A DNA stretch of 60,179 nucleotides, counting the filler. It is 5 parts of 5 records of this genome, joined end to end, with 100 filler letters (N's around TTAATTAATTAA, not from the genome) between each part and the next. Parts side by side here need not be neighbours in the genome. Positions count along the whole stretch, not along the records: positions 1 to 23,000 come from SRR20825006_2275; 4 more parts are not named here. One strand, given 5' to 3'. Positions within the stretch are counted from its first letter, which is position 1; each line of letters begins with the position of its first letter. Positions 10,982 to 20,953 of the stretch are shown here, in pieces. A model generated the notes under the pieces. The model was not told the DNA's origin and made no database searches. It was given only the letters and a program-made list of their open reading frames with translations. The translations under genes were made by a program, and so were the position numbers.

Positions 10982-13062
10982 ATATCGAGATGTAACCCAA
11001 GTTTTATTTTCCAATACGGCATTTTTTCTTCAAAATATTCAAAATAGGGTTTTAGTGTATCGGGGTTTTCTAGCGTTTCTGTTGCCGCTTTTATTTGCTG
11101 AATTTCTTCTGTAGAAATAAATTGTTTTATATTAAAATCAGTTCCTAATTCATGCATTTTTAAGAAGTGCCCGTAAACAGAATCTACGGAAAGTCCACGT
11201 GTTTCTGCAATTTCTTGAGGCGAAAGATTTTCTTCAATAAACATTTTATAACTACGCTCGTGGGAAGGCAATTTGGCTTCCAAACCATCCAAATGCCGGT
11301 TGATGACCTTTAGAAAATCAGCTCCATATTTTTCTAATTTAGTTTTTCCAACTCCTGAAATTTCGGCAAATTCTTCTTGATTTCGTGGTTTTTTGTGTTC
11401 CATATCTTCCAGAGCCGCGTCGCTAAAAACTATGTATGCAGGCATGTTTGCTTCTTGGGCTAATTTTGCCCGAAGGGTTTTTAGTTTCTCAAATAAATCG
11501 GCTCGTTTGCGTGAAGTTTTTTCAACTTTTAGTTGTTCAGTTTCCTGAACAATGTTGGCTAATCTTACTTTTTTGCCTTCAAAAAGTACTTTTTTTGCCA
11601 AATTTGTGAGCAATAAGCGCCCATTTTCGTGAAAATGGATTTGTAAAATTCCTTGATTTAAAAGTTGAATTGTATATTGTTGTAAATCGCGCCAAGCAAT
11701 ATCTTTTGCGGCTCCAAAAGTTTTAATATTTTGATACCCTTTATCAAAAACTTGTGCGTTTTGCGAGCCACGAAGTACGTCTAAAACCATTCCTAAGGCT
11801 TCTTGTTCTTTTAATCGTGCTACTACAGAACAAATTTTTTGGGCAATGAGTGTGCCGTCAAAATATTTAGGTGGCGATTTGCAGATATCGCAGTTGCCAC
11901 AATCTTCAGTAATGTGTTCGCCAAAATAGCCGAGTAATACTTTTCTTCTGCAGCTTAATGCTTCAGAAAATTGCTGCATACGTTCCAATTTTGCTAATTG
12001 AAATTCTTTTGTTTCAGAATCTTCAGCAAATTTCCGAAGCATTATTACATCGGCAAAACTATAAAAAAGCAGGGTGTTTGCGGCTAAGCGATCTCTTCCG
12101 CTACGACCAATTTCTTGATAATATCCTTCAATATTTTTGGGCATATTGTAGTGGATAACCCAGCGCACATTACTTTTGTCTATCCCCATGCCAAAAGCAA
12201 TGGTTGCAACAATAATTGGGGTGGTGTCATTTACAAAATCATCTTGAATAGCACTTCTCTTTTCAGCGGTAAGCCCTGCGTGATAGGCTTCGGCTTTATA
12301 CCCTTTTGAAGTAAGTGTAGCCGCGAGTTTTTCAGTGCTTTTTCTACTTAAACAATAAATGATGCCACTTTCTTTGTAATGGTTTTTAAGGAAATCAAGA
12401 ATCTGTTTGTTTCGATTTTGTCCTGGACGGACATCCAGATACAAATTGGGTCTATCAAATGAGGCAATAAAGGTTTTTGCGTTCGGAATTGCAAGTTGTG
12501 TAGCAATATCTTCACGTGTAGCGCGATCAGCAGTGGCAGTTAGTGCGATTAATGGAATTTTAGGAAATTGCTCCCTTACACTTTTAAGTTGTGTATAGGC
12601 TGGTCGGAAATCGTGACCCCAGCTAGAAATACAGTGTGCTTCATCTATTGCAAAAAGGCTGATTTTAATTGTGTTCAAAATAAAATGTAATTGCGGAAGG
12701 CTTTCTGGCGCCACATAAAGCAGTTTTAAATTTCCATTTTGTAAATCTTGTAAAACCTGTTGTTGTATTTCTTGCGGCTGGGAGCTATTATAAAAATTTG
12801 CAGAAATTCCATTTGCTTTTAGCGCATCCACTTGATCTTTCATTAAAGCAATTAGTGGTGATATAACAATAGCTGTACCTTCCAAAGCTAATGCGGGTAA
12901 TTGGAAACACAATGATTTTCCTCCGCCAGTTGGCATAATGGCGATTGTATCTTTTTTATTTAAGAGGTTCTGAATTATTTCTTCTTGATTTGTAAGAAAT
13001 TTTTCATAGCCAAAATGTGTTTTGAGTAGGTTTAATAGGTGTTGTTGTGTGTTTGTTTTCAT
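10978..13062 (-). CDS. recQ: ATP-dependent DNA helicase RecQ
   Basis: MPTGGGKS, DEAHCISSWGHDFRP, QEIGRSGRD, Zn-binding CRR...CGNCDIC, RQC, HRDC, C-terminal HTH. Confidence 0.96.
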   Translation of the reverse strand: MKTNTQQHLLNLLKTHFGYEKFLTNQEEIIQNLLNKKDTIAIMPTGGGKSLCFQLPALALEGTAIVISPLIALMKDQVDALKANGISANFYNSSQPQEIQQQVLQDLQNGNLKLLYVAPESLPQLHFILNTIKISLFAIDEAHCISSWGHDFRPAYTQLKSVREQFPKIPLIALTATADRATREDIATQLAIPNAKTFIASFDRPNLYLDVRPGQNRNKQILDFLKNHYKESGIIYCLSRKSTEKLAATLTSKGYKAEAYHAGLTAEKRSAIQDDFVNDTTPIIVATIAFGMGIDKSNVRWVIHYNMPKNIEGYYQEIGRSGRDRLAANTLLFYSFADVIMLRKFAEDSETKEFQLAKLERMQQFSEALSCRRKVLLGYFGEHITEDCGNCDICKSPPKYFDGTLIAQKICSVVARLKEQEALGMVLDVLRGSQNAQVFDKGYQNIKTFGAAKDIAWRDLQQYTIQLLNQGILQIHFHENGRLLLTNLAKKVLFEGKKVRLANIVQETEQLKVEKTSRKRADLFEKLKTLRAKLAQEANMPAYIVFSDAALEDMEHKKPRNQEEFAEISGVGKTKLEKYGADFLKVINRHLDGLEAKLPSHERSYKMFIEENLSPQEIAETRGLSVDSVYGHFLKMHELGTDFNIKQFISTEEIQQIKAATETLENPDTLKPYFEYFEEKMPYWKIKLGLHLDI

Positions 13063-13096
13063 TTCGGTAAAAATAACGATTCAAACTTTAAAAAAA

Positions 13097-13122
13097 TAGG
13101 TCCCCACCGAAGTAAGGACCTA
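13097..13122 (-). terminator. Intrinsic terminator after ssb
   Basis: TAGGTCC...GGACCTA hairpin followed by a U-tract on the minus strand. Confidence 0.55.
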
Positions 13123-13137
13123 ATTTACTAGCCTTTT

Positions 13138-13473
13138 TTATTTACTCCCCAGCATGACTAGTTCATTACAAACAACCTCCGTAATATATTTTTTATTTCC
13201 TTCTTTATCTTCATAGGATCTTGAGGTAAGCTTTCCTTCAATAGCAATTTCTTTTCCTTTTGTAACATAGCTTTCAACTATTTCTGCTGTTTTTCCCCAG
13301 GCTATAATATTATGCCACTGTGTGTCTGTAACCTTTTCTCCTTTTTGGTTTTTATAGGTTTCGTTCGTAGCAAGATTGAATTTTGCTAGTTTTTTACCCC
13401 CGTCTAGGGTGATGATTTCTGGGTCGTTTCCCAAGTTTCCAATCAACTGTACTTTGTTTCTAAGCGTGCTCAT
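13138..13473 (-). CDS. ssb: Single-stranded DNA-binding protein, short form lacking the acidic tail
   Basis: NKVQLIGNLGNDPE, TQWHNIIAWGK, IEGKL; ends at 111 aa. Confidence 0.93.
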   Translation of the reverse strand: MSTLRNKVQLIGNLGNDPEIITLDGGKKLAKFNLATNETYKNQKGEKVTDTQWHNIIAWGKTAEIVESYVTKGKEIAIEGKLTSRSYEDKEGNKKYITEVVCNELVMLGSK

Positions 13474-13533
13474 GTTTTCTAATTTTTAATGTTAAACAAT
13501 TGATACTATCGCATTTCATTTAATCCGACAGGG

Positions 13534-13608
13534 CAAACTTATGGCGACCTCAAACTTTTATACGGTAGTTACTTGTTTACTTTCGTTTATAGTCGTTTGT
13601 AAACGTTT
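13534..13608 (-). promoter_or_regulatory. ssb promoter: -7 box TAAGTTTG plus four YGTTT repeats at 10-bp period
   Basis: CAAACTTA at 13534-13541; plus-strand YGTTT at 13574, 13584, 13594, 13604. Confidence 0.5.
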
Positions 13609-13732
13609 TCAAATGATTATTAAATCATAAATTATTAATTATCAACAGATTATGTTTTTCAATTTCTATCTAATTTTCCGTAATTTAATCTGTCAGAAAT
13701 AAACGTTTTATCATTCACATAAAATTAAATAT

Positions 13733-14314
13733 ATGAATAGTAGCAGATTGGAAGCTTTTAGCGATGGTGTACTTGCCATTATAATTACAATAATGGTTTT
13801 AGAAATGAAAGTTCCTCACGGAACAGATATGGAAGCATTAATGCCTTTATTGCCTGTGTTTTTAAGTTATATATTAAGTTTTATATATATAGGTATTTAC
13901 TGGAATAACCACCACCACATGATGCATACCGTTAAAAAAGTGAATGGAGGCATTTTATGGGCAAATCTTCATTTATTATTTTGGCTTTCCATGATTCCTT
14001 TTGCAACGGGATGGATGGGTGAAAATAATTTTGCAGAACTCCCAATGGCGCTTTATGGCGGTGTTCTTCTGATGGCAGCTATTGCCTATTTTATTTTACA
14101 AAATAGAATTTTAGCTGAACAAGGTAAAGACTCCCTATTATCGAAAGCCGTAGGAAAAGATTATAAAGGCAAGGCGTCTCCCATATTGTATATTTTAGGA
14201 ATTATTTTAGCCTTTTTTATACCTTGGGTAGCTGCTGTATTATATGTTTTGGTTGCCTTTATGTGGTTGATCCCTGATAAAAGAATTGAAATTATTTTTA
14301 ACGAAAAAGAATAA
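13733..14314 (+). CDS. TMEM175-family potassium channel
   Basis: Signature RLEAFSDGVLAIIITIMVLE and WNNHH; 6 TM segments. Confidence 0.92.
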   Translation: MNSSRLEAFSDGVLAIIITIMVLEMKVPHGTDMEALMPLLPVFLSYILSFIYIGIYWNNHHHMMHTVKKVNGGILWANLHLLFWLSMIPFATGWMGENNFAELPMALYGGVLLMAAIAYFILQNRILAEQGKDSLLSKAVGKDYKGKASPILYILGIILAFFIPWVAAVLYVLVAFMWLIPDKRIEIIFNEKE

Positions 14315-14776
14315 TTACCAGGTTTGACCTTTTAATTCCATTGCAGCGCGCAACACATCACTTTGGCTTATTTGTCCAGCTAGTTTTCCATTTTCTAATA
14401 TTGGAAAACGTCTGTGTTTAGATTCCAAAAACTTAGTGGTTGCGTCAAGCACATTCATGTCGCCATCAATAGTATCCACATTTTTTATCATGTGTTCTTC
14501 TACTTTTATGTCTTCCATTGGGTGGTTGTGATACCGAGAATCGCTGAGCTGTTTCATACAATCTCCTTCAGAAATAATCCCCACTAATTCATTATTCTCA
14601 TTAACCACTGGGCCACCAGAAATTCGTTTCTTCAGGAGTATCTCCATTACTTCCAAAATAGATTGTTCTGGTCGGAATGTAACAAGATTTCGCGTCATAT
14701 AATCAGACACTTTTATTTTTTCTGAATTCCCTTTTTTGGGCTTTGCCCTTCTGCCAATAAAACTTTTAATTCCCAT
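14315..14776 (-). CDS. CBS domain pair protein
   Basis: KVSDYMT...GPVV...VGIISEGD and RRFPI...GQISQSD; start taken at MGIKS. Confidence 0.88.
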   Translation of the reverse strand: MGIKSFIGRRAKPKKGNSEKIKVSDYMTRNLVTFRPEQSILEVMEILLKKRISGGPVVNENNELVGIISEGDCMKQLSDSRYHNHPMEDIKVEEHMIKNVDTIDGDMNVLDATTKFLESKHRRFPILENGKLAGQISQSDVLRAAMELKGQTW

Positions 14777-14898
14777 AGTTTTAGTTTTTTGCGAACTTCT
14801 AAGATAATCAATTTTATGATATGGCTGAAATACCTCCCTCAAGAACAAATTATACTTTCGATTAATATTGTATTTTTAACATTCTAAACTTCTCATCC

Positions 14899-17268
14899 AT
14901 GAAAAAAATTGGCACATTTTTATCTCTACTTATCATTATTGCTTTGGTCTTTTATAGTTTTTATGGGTTAATGCCGCATTATGAAGAAGGAGAAACAGTT
15001 GTCAGTACTGAATTTTCAGTTGATAAAGCATTACAACCGCTACAGGAAATTTCAAAAAAACCACATTATTTAGGCTCTGAAGGGCATACAGAAGTTCGTG
15101 ATTTTTTAATTGCAGAATTAAATAAATTAGGTCTTGAACCACAAACACAAAAAGGGTTTAGTCTTAATAAAGAATCCAAAACGCTTAATAAACCCATAAA
15201 TATTATTGCGCGCATTAAAGGTTCAGATACGGGAAAAGCATTGTTGTTACTTTCACATTATGACAGTGCCCTTGTGCCATCATTTGGAGCCAGTGATGCA
15301 GGAAGTGGTTTGGTTACAATTTTGGAAAGTATACGTGCATATTTGGCATCAGGTGAAAAACCTAAAAACGATATTATCATTTTATTTTCTGATGCTGAAG
15401 AAATTGGGCTAGACGGAGCAAAACTTTTTGTTAATGAACATCCATGGGCAAATAATGTGGGTTTGGTGCTCAATTTTGAGGCACGAGGAAGCAGCGGCCC
15501 AAGCAATATGATTTTGGAAACCAATGGCGGAAATGCCAAGCTTGTAAAGGAATTTATTAAAGCAAATCCAGATTTTCCGGTTGCTTCGTCGCTGATGTAT
15601 AGTGTTTATAAAATGCTTCCAAATGATACCGATTCTACAATTTTTAGAACAGATGGCGATATCGACAGTTTTTTCTTTGCCTTTATTGATAGTCATTTTA
15701 ACTATCATACCGCGAATGATACTTTTGAAAATTTAAACCGAAATAGCCTTGCGCACCAAGGTAGTTATCTGCTTCCACTAATCCATTATTTTGCTGATGC
15801 TGATCTTTCAAAATTGAAAGCAGAAACAGACGATGTATATGTAAACCTTCCTTTAGTAAAAATGTTAAGTTATCCGTTTTCATGGATTCTGCCAATGCTT
15901 ATTTTTGCAACTATTCTTTTATTAATTTTACTTTTTTACGGTTATAATAAGCGAAAACTTAAACGAAAAGCAATGATTATGGGTTTTGCTCCTTTTTTGC
16001 TTTCCCTTGTTATTTGTGGAATTGTTGGTTTGTTTGGTTGGAAATTGATTTTAGCAGTATACCCACAATATGCTGAAATTCAACAAGGATTTACCTATAA
16101 TGGGCATTGGTATATTGCATTTTTTGTCTTCATTTCGTTGGCAATTACCTTTGCGATATATAAAAAATTCACCAAAAAAGATAGCGAAGCTTCATTGTAT
16201 GTTGCGCCATTATTCTTTTGGATTTTAATAAATGTTGTTGTTTTTATTGTTTTAAAAGGAGCCGCATTTTTTATAATTCCAGTGTTTTTTGGGCTTTTAT
16301 CTTTTTGGATTATGCTTCGCCAAGAACGGCCAAATTTACTAGCCATGTCACTTTTGGCAGCGCCAGCAATTTTTATTTTTGCGCCACTTATTCAATTTTT
16401 CCCCGTTGGTTTGGGACTGAAAATGTTGGTAATAAGTTGTGTATTTACTGTTTTACTTTTTGGCTTGCTTTGGCCTATTTTCGCTTTTTATAAATTGAAG
16501 AAATTCCTTTCTGTAGGATGTTTAATATGTGCTGTTTTCTTTTTTGTAAAAGCGCATTCAAAAAGTGATTTTTCTGAAGAACGTAAAAAACCAAATAGCT
16601 TAGTTTATTATAAAGACGCTGATGCAGACAAAACATATTGGTTAACCTACGATAAAGAAATTGATGAATGGACACAGCTTTATCTAGGTGAAACTCCTAA
16701 AAACGCTTCTGAAGTTTTAAGTGATGCTTCCTATAATAAATACGGAACTCCATATAGTTATGCTGCGGAAGCTCCTAAAAAAAACATTCCTAATTTTGAT
16801 GTAATTTTAAAAAAAGACACCCTTATTGAGAATTTGAGGAACGTTAACTTTATTATTATCCCAAAACGAAAGGTAAATAAAATTGACTTGTATAGTACTG
16901 AATATTATCTGTTTAAATCGTTGGAGTTTAACGGTCAAGAAGCTTCACTTTATAAAAAAGGAAAAATGTATCGAGGCACTAAAAATGATGCAATTATCAA
17001 TTATTATGTTTCTGGAAATGATTCCTTAAAGGTGAGTTTTTCAATTGAAAAAGACATTCCTGTTTCCTTTAAAGTAATGGAATATGCTTTCAATTTAATG
17101 ACAGATGCACAATTTAAGATTGAAGAACGCCCTAATTATACGATGCCGAAACCTTTTGTAATTACTGATGCCGTTGCTGTAAAACGAACTTTTTCAATAG
17201 ATAGTTTAAAAATTAAAACGGGTGATTCACTAAAAAATAATTCTTTTATAAATTTAAATAATGAATAA
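14899..17268 (+). CDS. Membrane-bound M28 family metallopeptidase
   Basis: SHYDS, GASDAGSG, DAEEIGL, NFEARG, YHT; central TM block. Confidence 0.9.
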   Translation: MKKIGTFLSLLIIIALVFYSFYGLMPHYEEGETVVSTEFSVDKALQPLQEISKKPHYLGSEGHTEVRDFLIAELNKLGLEPQTQKGFSLNKESKTLNKPINIIARIKGSDTGKALLLLSHYDSALVPSFGASDAGSGLVTILESIRAYLASGEKPKNDIIILFSDAEEIGLDGAKLFVNEHPWANNVGLVLNFEARGSSGPSNMILETNGGNAKLVKEFIKANPDFPVASSLMYSVYKMLPNDTDSTIFRTDGDIDSFFFAFIDSHFNYHTANDTFENLNRNSLAHQGSYLLPLIHYFADADLSKLKAETDDVYVNLPLVKMLSYPFSWILPMLIFATILLLILLFYGYNKRKLKRKAMIMGFAPFLLSLVICGIVGLFGWKLILAVYPQYAEIQQGFTYNGHWYIAFFVFISLAITFAIYKKFTKKDSEASLYVAPLFFWILINVVVFIVLKGAAFFIIPVFFGLLSFWIMLRQERPNLLAMSLLAAPAIFIFAPLIQFFPVGLGLKMLVISCVFTVLLFGLLWPIFAFYKLKKFLSVGCLICAVFFFVKAHSKSDFSEERKKPNSLVYYKDADADKTYWLTYDKEIDEWTQLYLGETPKNASEVLSDASYNKYGTPYSYAAEAPKKNIPNFDVILKKDTLIENLRNVNFIIIPKRKVNKIDLYSTEYYLFKSLEFNGQEASLYKKGKMYRGTKNDAIINYYVSGNDSLKVSFSIEKDIPVSFKVMEYAFNLMTDAQFKIEERPNYTMPKPFVITDAVAVKRTFSIDSLKIKTGDSLKNNSFINLNNE

Positions 17269-18064
17269 AACCGTAGCTATTGCTGGTCTTGGATGGCTAG
17301 GACAACCCTTGGCTTACCATTTGGCAACTTTAGGATATTCCGTAAAAGGCTCCGTTACAAGTGTAGAAAAGGCAACCTTATTACAGAAAAATGGCTTTGA
17401 AGCATATTGTGTTGAGTTTTCAGAAGCTGGAATTGATGGTGAAATAAATGCGTTGCTTAATAATTTAGAATATTTAATTATAATGATTCCTCCGGGATTG
17501 CGTAAAAATACAGGAGCCGATTATGTATTAAAAATGACTCATTTTCTTGAAGCGATAAAGAAGGCTTCTGTAAAAAAAGTAGTTTTGGTAAGCAGCACTT
17601 CAGTTTATGATGATGCGCAAGGAAGGGTAACCGAAAAAGATACGCCAAAACCAAACACGATTGCAGGAAAACAGTTGCGACACGTGGAACAACTTTTTAG
17701 TAATTCGGATGAGTTTCAAACTACGATAGTCCGTTTTGGCGGGTTGCTTGGCGGGAGTCGTCAGCCAGTAAAATATTTGGCAGGACGTAAGGATTTGGCA
17801 GATGGCAATGCGCCTGTAAATATAATTGATAGAAAAGATTGTATTAAGATTCTTGTTGAGGTTTTAAAAAAAGATGCCTTCGGTACTGTTTTTAATGCCG
17901 TAAACCCAAACCACCCTAAAAAGGCTGATTATTATATTCAGAAAGCGATAGCGCTTGGCTTAGAGCCCCCTACATTTGCAGCAACTTCTGAAGAAATATT
18001 TAAAGAAGTAGATTCAGAAAACTTAACTGCTATTTTGAATTATACTTTTCAGTATCCTATATAA
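17261..18064 (+). CDS. NAD(P)-dependent epimerase/dehydratase (atypical SDR, YeeZ-like)
   Basis: IAGLGWLG Rossmann motif, SSTSVY, VRFGGL. Confidence 0.85.
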   Translation: MNKTVAIAGLGWLGQPLAYHLATLGYSVKGSVTSVEKATLLQKNGFEAYCVEFSEAGIDGEINALLNNLEYLIIMIPPGLRKNTGADYVLKMTHFLEAIKKASVKKVVLVSSTSVYDDAQGRVTEKDTPKPNTIAGKQLRHVEQLFSNSDEFQTTIVRFGGLLGGSRQPVKYLAGRKDLADGNAPVNIIDRKDCIKILVEVLKKDAFGTVFNAVNPNHPKKADYYIQKAIALGLEPPTFAATSEEIFKEVDSENLTAILNYTFQYPI

Positions 18065-18065
18065 A

Positions 18066-18091
18066 AAAAGGAGCTTTTTACAGCTCCTTTT
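18066..18091. terminator. Bidirectional terminator
   Basis: AAAAGGAGCT...AGCTCCTTTT between convergent genes. Confidence 0.8.
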
Positions 18092-18111
18092 CCTAATATA
18101 AATATTTAAAA

Positions 18112-20178
18112 TTACCAGATACGAACTCTGTTTTCAGGAGCAACGTACATTGGGTCTCCTTCTTTAATATCGAAAGCTTCAAAGAAAGCATCAACATTTA
18201 CCAAAGGTTGTGTAGCACGAACTTTACCTGGAGAGTGTGGGTCAGTTTTTACTTGGTTTGTAATATACTCGTCACGAGATTTAGTACGCCAAACGGTAGC
18301 CCAGCTCATAAAGAAACGTTGTTCAGGTGTGAATCCATCAATATTGTCTGGTCTTCCGTTTTCTTTGTAGAAACGCTGTAAACCATCATAAGCACCTAGA
18401 ACACCACCAAGGTCACCAATGTTTTCACCTAATGTGAATTTTCCGTTTATAAAAACACTGTCTAAAACCTCCACACTGCTGTATTGCTCAGCAAGTTTAT
18501 TACCGCGTTCAGTAAAGTTTACTAGGTCTGTTTCTGTCCACCAGTTTACGAGGTTTCCATTAGCATCAAAACGAGAGCCACTATCGTCAAAAGCATGCGA
18601 AATTTCGTGACCGATTACTGCGCCCATTCCACCGTAATTTACAGCTTCATCAGCCTTATAATCATAAAATGGGGGTTGAAGAATTGCTGCAGGGAAAACA
18701 ATTTCATTATTGAAAGGGTTAAAGTAAGCATTTACGGTTTGTGGGCTCATTCCCCATTCTGAACGGTCTACTGGCTCATCAATTTTAGCTAGGTTGTCAA
18801 TAAAATTGTAAGTTTGAACAGCAATCATATTGTCATAAAAAGTATTCCCTGGTTTTACATCCATTGAAGAATAGTCTTTCCATTTGTCTGGGTAACCAAC
18901 TTTTACTGTAAATTTATTTAGTTTTTCAATAGCTTTTATTTTAGTGCTATCACTCATCCAATCTAATGCGTTGATACGATCTTTGTATGCTGCAATTACA
19001 TTCGCTATCATTGCTTCAGCTTTTGTTTTTGCTTCTGGCGGGAACATTTCATCAACATAAAGTTTACCCAAAGCTTCACCTACACTTCCATTTACTGTTG
19101 CAAGAGCACGTTCATTAGCTGGTTTTTGTTTTTTTGAACCTTTAAGTGTGTTTTCATAAAAATCCCAGTTTGCTTTATCAATAGCAGTAGTAAGCATACC
19201 TGTTGCATTGTTTAATGTAGACCAACGCATTACAGTTTTCCATGTTTCTAAGTCAGGTTTAGCAAACATTTGGTTTAATGTTTCCATGTAAGTTGGTTGC
19301 ATAACGATAACGGTATCCATTTTTTTGGTTACCCCCATATCTTTAAAAACCTGTTCCCACTTAATTTGTGGTAGCATTTTTTGAAGTTCTGCAACCGAAC
19401 GTGGATTGTTGAAATTTCTAAAATCACGGCTTGCAACTTTATCTAATCTTGGTGTAGCAAGTTTTGTTTCGAAAGCTAAAATAGTAGTTGCTTGTTCGCG
19501 AGCAGCTTCTTCAGTATCTCCTAAAAATTGAAGCATTCTAGTGATATGATCCACATACTGCTGACGGATTTTTACAGAAGCAGGGTCTGTATTTGTGTAA
19601 AAATCACGATCTGGAAGTCCTAAGCCACCTGGTGTAATATAAGCCGAGTTCATAGCACTGTTACTCGGGTTTGAAAATGCAGCAAGCCCTAAAAATGGTT
19701 GTGAAACTGCAACAGCTTCTTCAGCCATTAATTTTTGAAAATCTGCAATACTATTTATTGCTGCAATTTTATCAAGAATTGGTTTTATTGGTTCAATGCC
19801 AGCTTTATCACGAGCTATGGTATCCAATTTAGATTCAAAAATCATCAATGCTTTTGCTTGGTCAGTTTCTGGAGCATATTTTCCTCCTTCTTTTGCTTTC
19901 GCTAATATGTTTAGCACATCTGCATCTGTTTTTTTTCTTAAAATGGTAAAACCACCCCAATTAGTTTGATCGTCTGGAATTTCATTGTTTTTCATCCAAT
20001 TTCCATTCACATAATTGTAGAAATCAACTTTTGGGCTTACGGTTGTATCCATATTCTCCAAAATAATTCCATGAGGTTCATTATCTGCATGTGCCACTTC
20101 CGTTTTCTCTTTACAAGCGGTAACAGCAGCTGCAACGAATGCAAAGGCCAACACAGGTTTTAAAAATTTAGTTTTCAT
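18112..20178 (-). CDS. M13 family (neprilysin/PepO-like) metallopeptidase, lipoprotein
   Basis: Lipobox VTAC, VNAYF, HEISH, ENIGDLGG, DPHSP. Confidence 0.95.
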   Translation of the reverse strand: MKTKFLKPVLAFAFVAAAVTACKEKTEVAHADNEPHGIILENMDTTVSPKVDFYNYVNGNWMKNNEIPDDQTNWGGFTILRKKTDADVLNILAKAKEGGKYAPETDQAKALMIFESKLDTIARDKAGIEPIKPILDKIAAINSIADFQKLMAEEAVAVSQPFLGLAAFSNPSNSAMNSAYITPGGLGLPDRDFYTNTDPASVKIRQQYVDHITRMLQFLGDTEEAAREQATTILAFETKLATPRLDKVASRDFRNFNNPRSVAELQKMLPQIKWEQVFKDMGVTKKMDTVIVMQPTYMETLNQMFAKPDLETWKTVMRWSTLNNATGMLTTAIDKANWDFYENTLKGSKKQKPANERALATVNGSVGEALGKLYVDEMFPPEAKTKAEAMIANVIAAYKDRINALDWMSDSTKIKAIEKLNKFTVKVGYPDKWKDYSSMDVKPGNTFYDNMIAVQTYNFIDNLAKIDEPVDRSEWGMSPQTVNAYFNPFNNEIVFPAAILQPPFYDYKADEAVNYGGMGAVIGHEISHAFDDSGSRFDANGNLVNWWTETDLVNFTERGNKLAEQYSSVEVLDSVFINGKFTLGENIGDLGGVLGAYDGLQRFYKENGRPDNIDGFTPEQRFFMSWATVWRTKSRDEYITNQVKTDPHSPGKVRATQPLVNVDAFFEAFDIKEGDPMYVAPENRVRIW

Positions 20179-20259
20179 TTTATAATTTGTTTAAGGTGAT
20201 TAAAATTTGGTATAGTATTAAGGTATAAGTTGCTTATTGAATGCGTTTGTTACATTTTT

Positions 20260-20838
20260 TTATTTTTTTTGATCCTGTAATTCTAAATTTAAAATTGAAT
20301 CTTTAAAATGTTTTTGTTTTTTTAATTCATTTTCTTCATCTTCTTTTCTTTGAAAATCAATAAAATCCTTTTGAAACTTTTCATTCAAATGAATTATTAA
20401 ATGAGTGAAGGCACTATTTAGCTCTTCCACAGAATTTTGAATAGCTGTTGAGTCTATATAAGATTGATGTGATGCTTGAAACAATAATTCTGTTCTAGTT
20501 TTTAACACTAATAATCTGCTAAATATAGGTTTGGTGTTAAGCGTATCAGGAATATTTTTAAAAAGAGAGTCAGCGTATTCTTTTAAAAGTTCAGACTCAT
20601 TTCGGATGTTTTGATACGTACTCCCATTTATCGTTTTTGCAGTTGATAAAAAATCTTCTAACACACCCCAATGTAATGCTTGCTCTTTTGCAGGTGCAGA
20701 AAGTTGTGGAAATGTAAAATCTGGAGTGCCAAAAACAATCGAAGTATCGTTAGTAGGAGTTTGACTTTGATGCTCTTCGGAATTTCCACAAGAAATAACG
20801 AAGCTGATACAGATAAAAACAGGAATTAAAAACTTCAT
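20260..20838 (-). CDS. Hypothetical lipoprotein
   Basis: Signal peptide with lipobox VISC; start taken at MKFLIP. Confidence 0.65.
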   Translation of the reverse strand: MKFLIPVFICISFVISCGNSEEHQSQTPTNDTSIVFGTPDFTFPQLSAPAKEQALHWGVLEDFLSTAKTINGSTYQNIRNESELLKEYADSLFKNIPDTLNTKPIFSRLLVLKTRTELLFQASHQSYIDSTAIQNSVEELNSAFTHLIIHLNEKFQKDFIDFQRKEDEENELKKQKHFKDSILNLELQDQKK

Positions 20839-20953
20839 AAAAAACTTAAGAATGACAAATATACTGGTTATTAACCAAATGGCGAATAAATATTTTAAGT
20901 GCTCAAAAATGGGATTATCCGTATCTTTACAGTTCATTTTTTAAAACCAAAAC

